Assembly (NCBI GenBank): GCA_973895155.1
Contig: OZ316895.1
Span: forward strand, 21,278,558-21,342,557
Reading direction: 5' to 3'
From: Marsupella aquatica
Lineage: Eukaryota; Plantae; Marchantiophyta
Length of the DNA: 64,000 nt
Of the stretch, positions 61,908 to 64,000 are shown piece after piece. The stretch's first letter is position 1. The number at the start of each line of letters is the position of its first letter. Below the pieces are notes generated by a model. The model saw only the letters and a list, made by a program, of their open reading frames with translations. It had not been told where the DNA came from and searched no databases. The translations under genes were made by a program, and so were the position numbers.

Positions 61908-63979
61908 TTAAGTTTGTTGAAATCCATAAGTATCAGCTGGTTTCAAGGACCAAGTATATCCCATGTCCCACATGTCATTGTTATACAATGTAAGAATATT
62001 GGTGTGAAAACAACTCAAGCTTCCTCTATGAGCCACGCTAACATAGGTCACCCCAATTTCTTGGAGCTCACGATACAATTGGGCCTGTCAATAAAATAAT
62101 TAGCTGTTAGTGTGTGGTGCCAGGTAAAATTTCAAGATTAATGTTTTATACTGGAGTTGAGATGGAGTGAATTGTATAGTGCAAAACTTTAATGATGATA
62201 TATGTATCGTTTTCAAAACAATTTACTTGGACATATGCCACTAAAAGTGTTTGGAATGAATTAGAACTTTGCTACTGGTTTACTTTATTTACCATTTTGC
62301 TACGCTTTGTGCACAGCTTTTGTGATAGCCTAGGCTTGGTCTTGACATGAAAGTGTGTTTCTCCTATTGCTTGACTACTATACCCCTCGCTGTACCCTCA
62401 CCAGTCCCAGAGTCATTGTGACTCTTGCTGCTCAATTCATTAATTTTTTAGGGTCGCCCTCACTCCCCACTATTACAATCACTCCCTGCCAACATGGAAC
62501 TATTGGACACACACAGCACTCAGAGCATGTCAAGGCAACCAGTGTCCGTGTGAGGGTGGGATTTGGGGGTGACAAGCGTCAAAAACGTTATGGGCAATGG
62601 AGTGGGGACTGGCAGACAACAATAACAGCTCTGAGAAAACAGAAAATTATTGTCACATCATGTCTTAAACACAAACAAAAATCATTGTTCATGCAACACT
62701 TTACTGGGGTTAACTCACATACAAAAAGTGTGACAATTTAATAAGCACAGAGGATGTGTGGCAAACTTAAGTTATTAATGGCACATTTTTAACACTGTCT
62801 AGCAATTGATATAACTTAGATGATTGTACTTTTAATGAGAATTGTAGTCCTTGGAACGGATTTTATAAATCCTGTATTGGAATTATTTTTGGAATCTCTA
62901 GTTAGATGAAACAATCCAAAAATGAAGTTTACAAGTAGAATGTGACTCATACTTCTCTGCTTGACACTCTTAATACCTCATTTTCTTCATCCATGGCACT
63001 GGTGGATTCATCCAAAAGGGCAAGCCTTGGTCGAGAAAGTAACAAGCGAGCAAAGGCAATCCGCTGTTGTTCACCATGGGAGAGCATAGTGGCCCAATCA
63101 ACATGTGAATCCAAACCTTCACATCTTTGCTGCAAGTGACTTAATTTTACACGAGCTAAAACTTCATATAACTCATGATCACTAGGTTCATGTCTTGTTT
63201 GTGAGCAATGTGGTTGTTCCCTTTCAATTGGTTGAGATGTCACTGCAGCAAACAATCACGTTTAAGCAGCTTGTAAATCCTTTTGCCTTAGTTACTGAGT
63301 GTATTCACTTGTGCTAGCATGTTTAGTTTTATCTCATTTACAAAGGTTGTACACGGCTCTTTTATAAAAATCATCTTTCAAAATCCATACTTTATGGATT
63401 AAGACAAAATCAGTGCCACATGATATTTTCCACTTAGTTTCACAAACATTGTATCTAAGCCAGTAAGAAGTGTTTGTCTCAATATAATGTCCGTAGTATA
63501 TGTCACAATTCCAAAAGTGAAAAACATGTTGGAAGGATATGACAGTGATCTTTAATGTTAGTATATAACTATCAATACACTTCCCTATACATCAGTGTGT
63601 GATTGTCCACCAACACAGACCAACAAAAAGATGAAAATATCACACCTTTATTTCGGTCTGCAGTAGAGGCCCATGTGGGATATAGAAGTTGTTGTCTCAA
63701 GGATCCATGCACCATAAAGGGGTTTTGAGGCACAAAGAAAATCATACTTCCATTCCATTGGTCACCTTCATACTCGGTGACATTGTTTTCTACTTCAATT
63801 TCACCAAAAACTTGATTGCTGGTGGTAGCCTCACTCTGGTGAGTTTTGTGTGTTATCCTACTGTGTGGCTGGTTTTCACAACATCTTAAGTAGGTCCTCA
63901 CTGTACCCCTACCGCACTGCCAGAGCCCTGCAATGGCTCTTAGAAGAGATGTTTTCCCACTTCCACTTGGTCCCATTAC
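61908..63979 (-). CDS. ABC transporter D family (ABCD2-like) nucleotide-binding domain, 3' exons (63979-63646, 63242-62977, 62084-61908); 5' part lies beyond the window
   Basis: Walker [31 protein letters not shown], signature [15 protein letters not shown], Walker [12 protein letters not shown]. The last exon [20 protein letters not shown] (H-loop) was read manually and is not in the ORF track. Confidence 0.9.
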
Positions 63980-64000
63980 CTATCATTATTTCACAACATC

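Overview
Eukaryotic land-plant nuclear DNA with GT-AG spliceosomal introns. A non-seed plant such as a liverwort is likely, but that is inference from gene style. Host genes: (1) a 3-exon F420H2:NADP+ oxidoreductase (FNO/NpdG)-like Rossmann protein of prokaryotic appearance; (2) a 5-exon strictosidine-synthase-like gene; (3) three intronless GT31 galactosyltransferase paralogues, the third with a frameshifted catalytic segment inside an open frame; (4) an intronless TM + LEA-like 11-mer repeat + LysM gene with upstream ABRE-like motifs; (5) a 4-exon SFT2/Got1 gene; (6) the 3' part of an ABCD transporter. Between them is a nested transposon landscape whose ends and target-site duplications (TSDs) can be read by eye. 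A 9.7-kb autonomous-type Helitron carries a 165-bp satellite array and is broken by three MITEs and two nonsense codons. Two non-autonomous Helitrons belong to the same family, and one holds a young non-coding Ty1/copia LTR element with a half-tRNA-Ile primer site. A 5'-truncated L1-type LINE sits in a GT31 3' UTR and is itself interrupted by a TIR element. Coordinates were read manually and no database searches were run.
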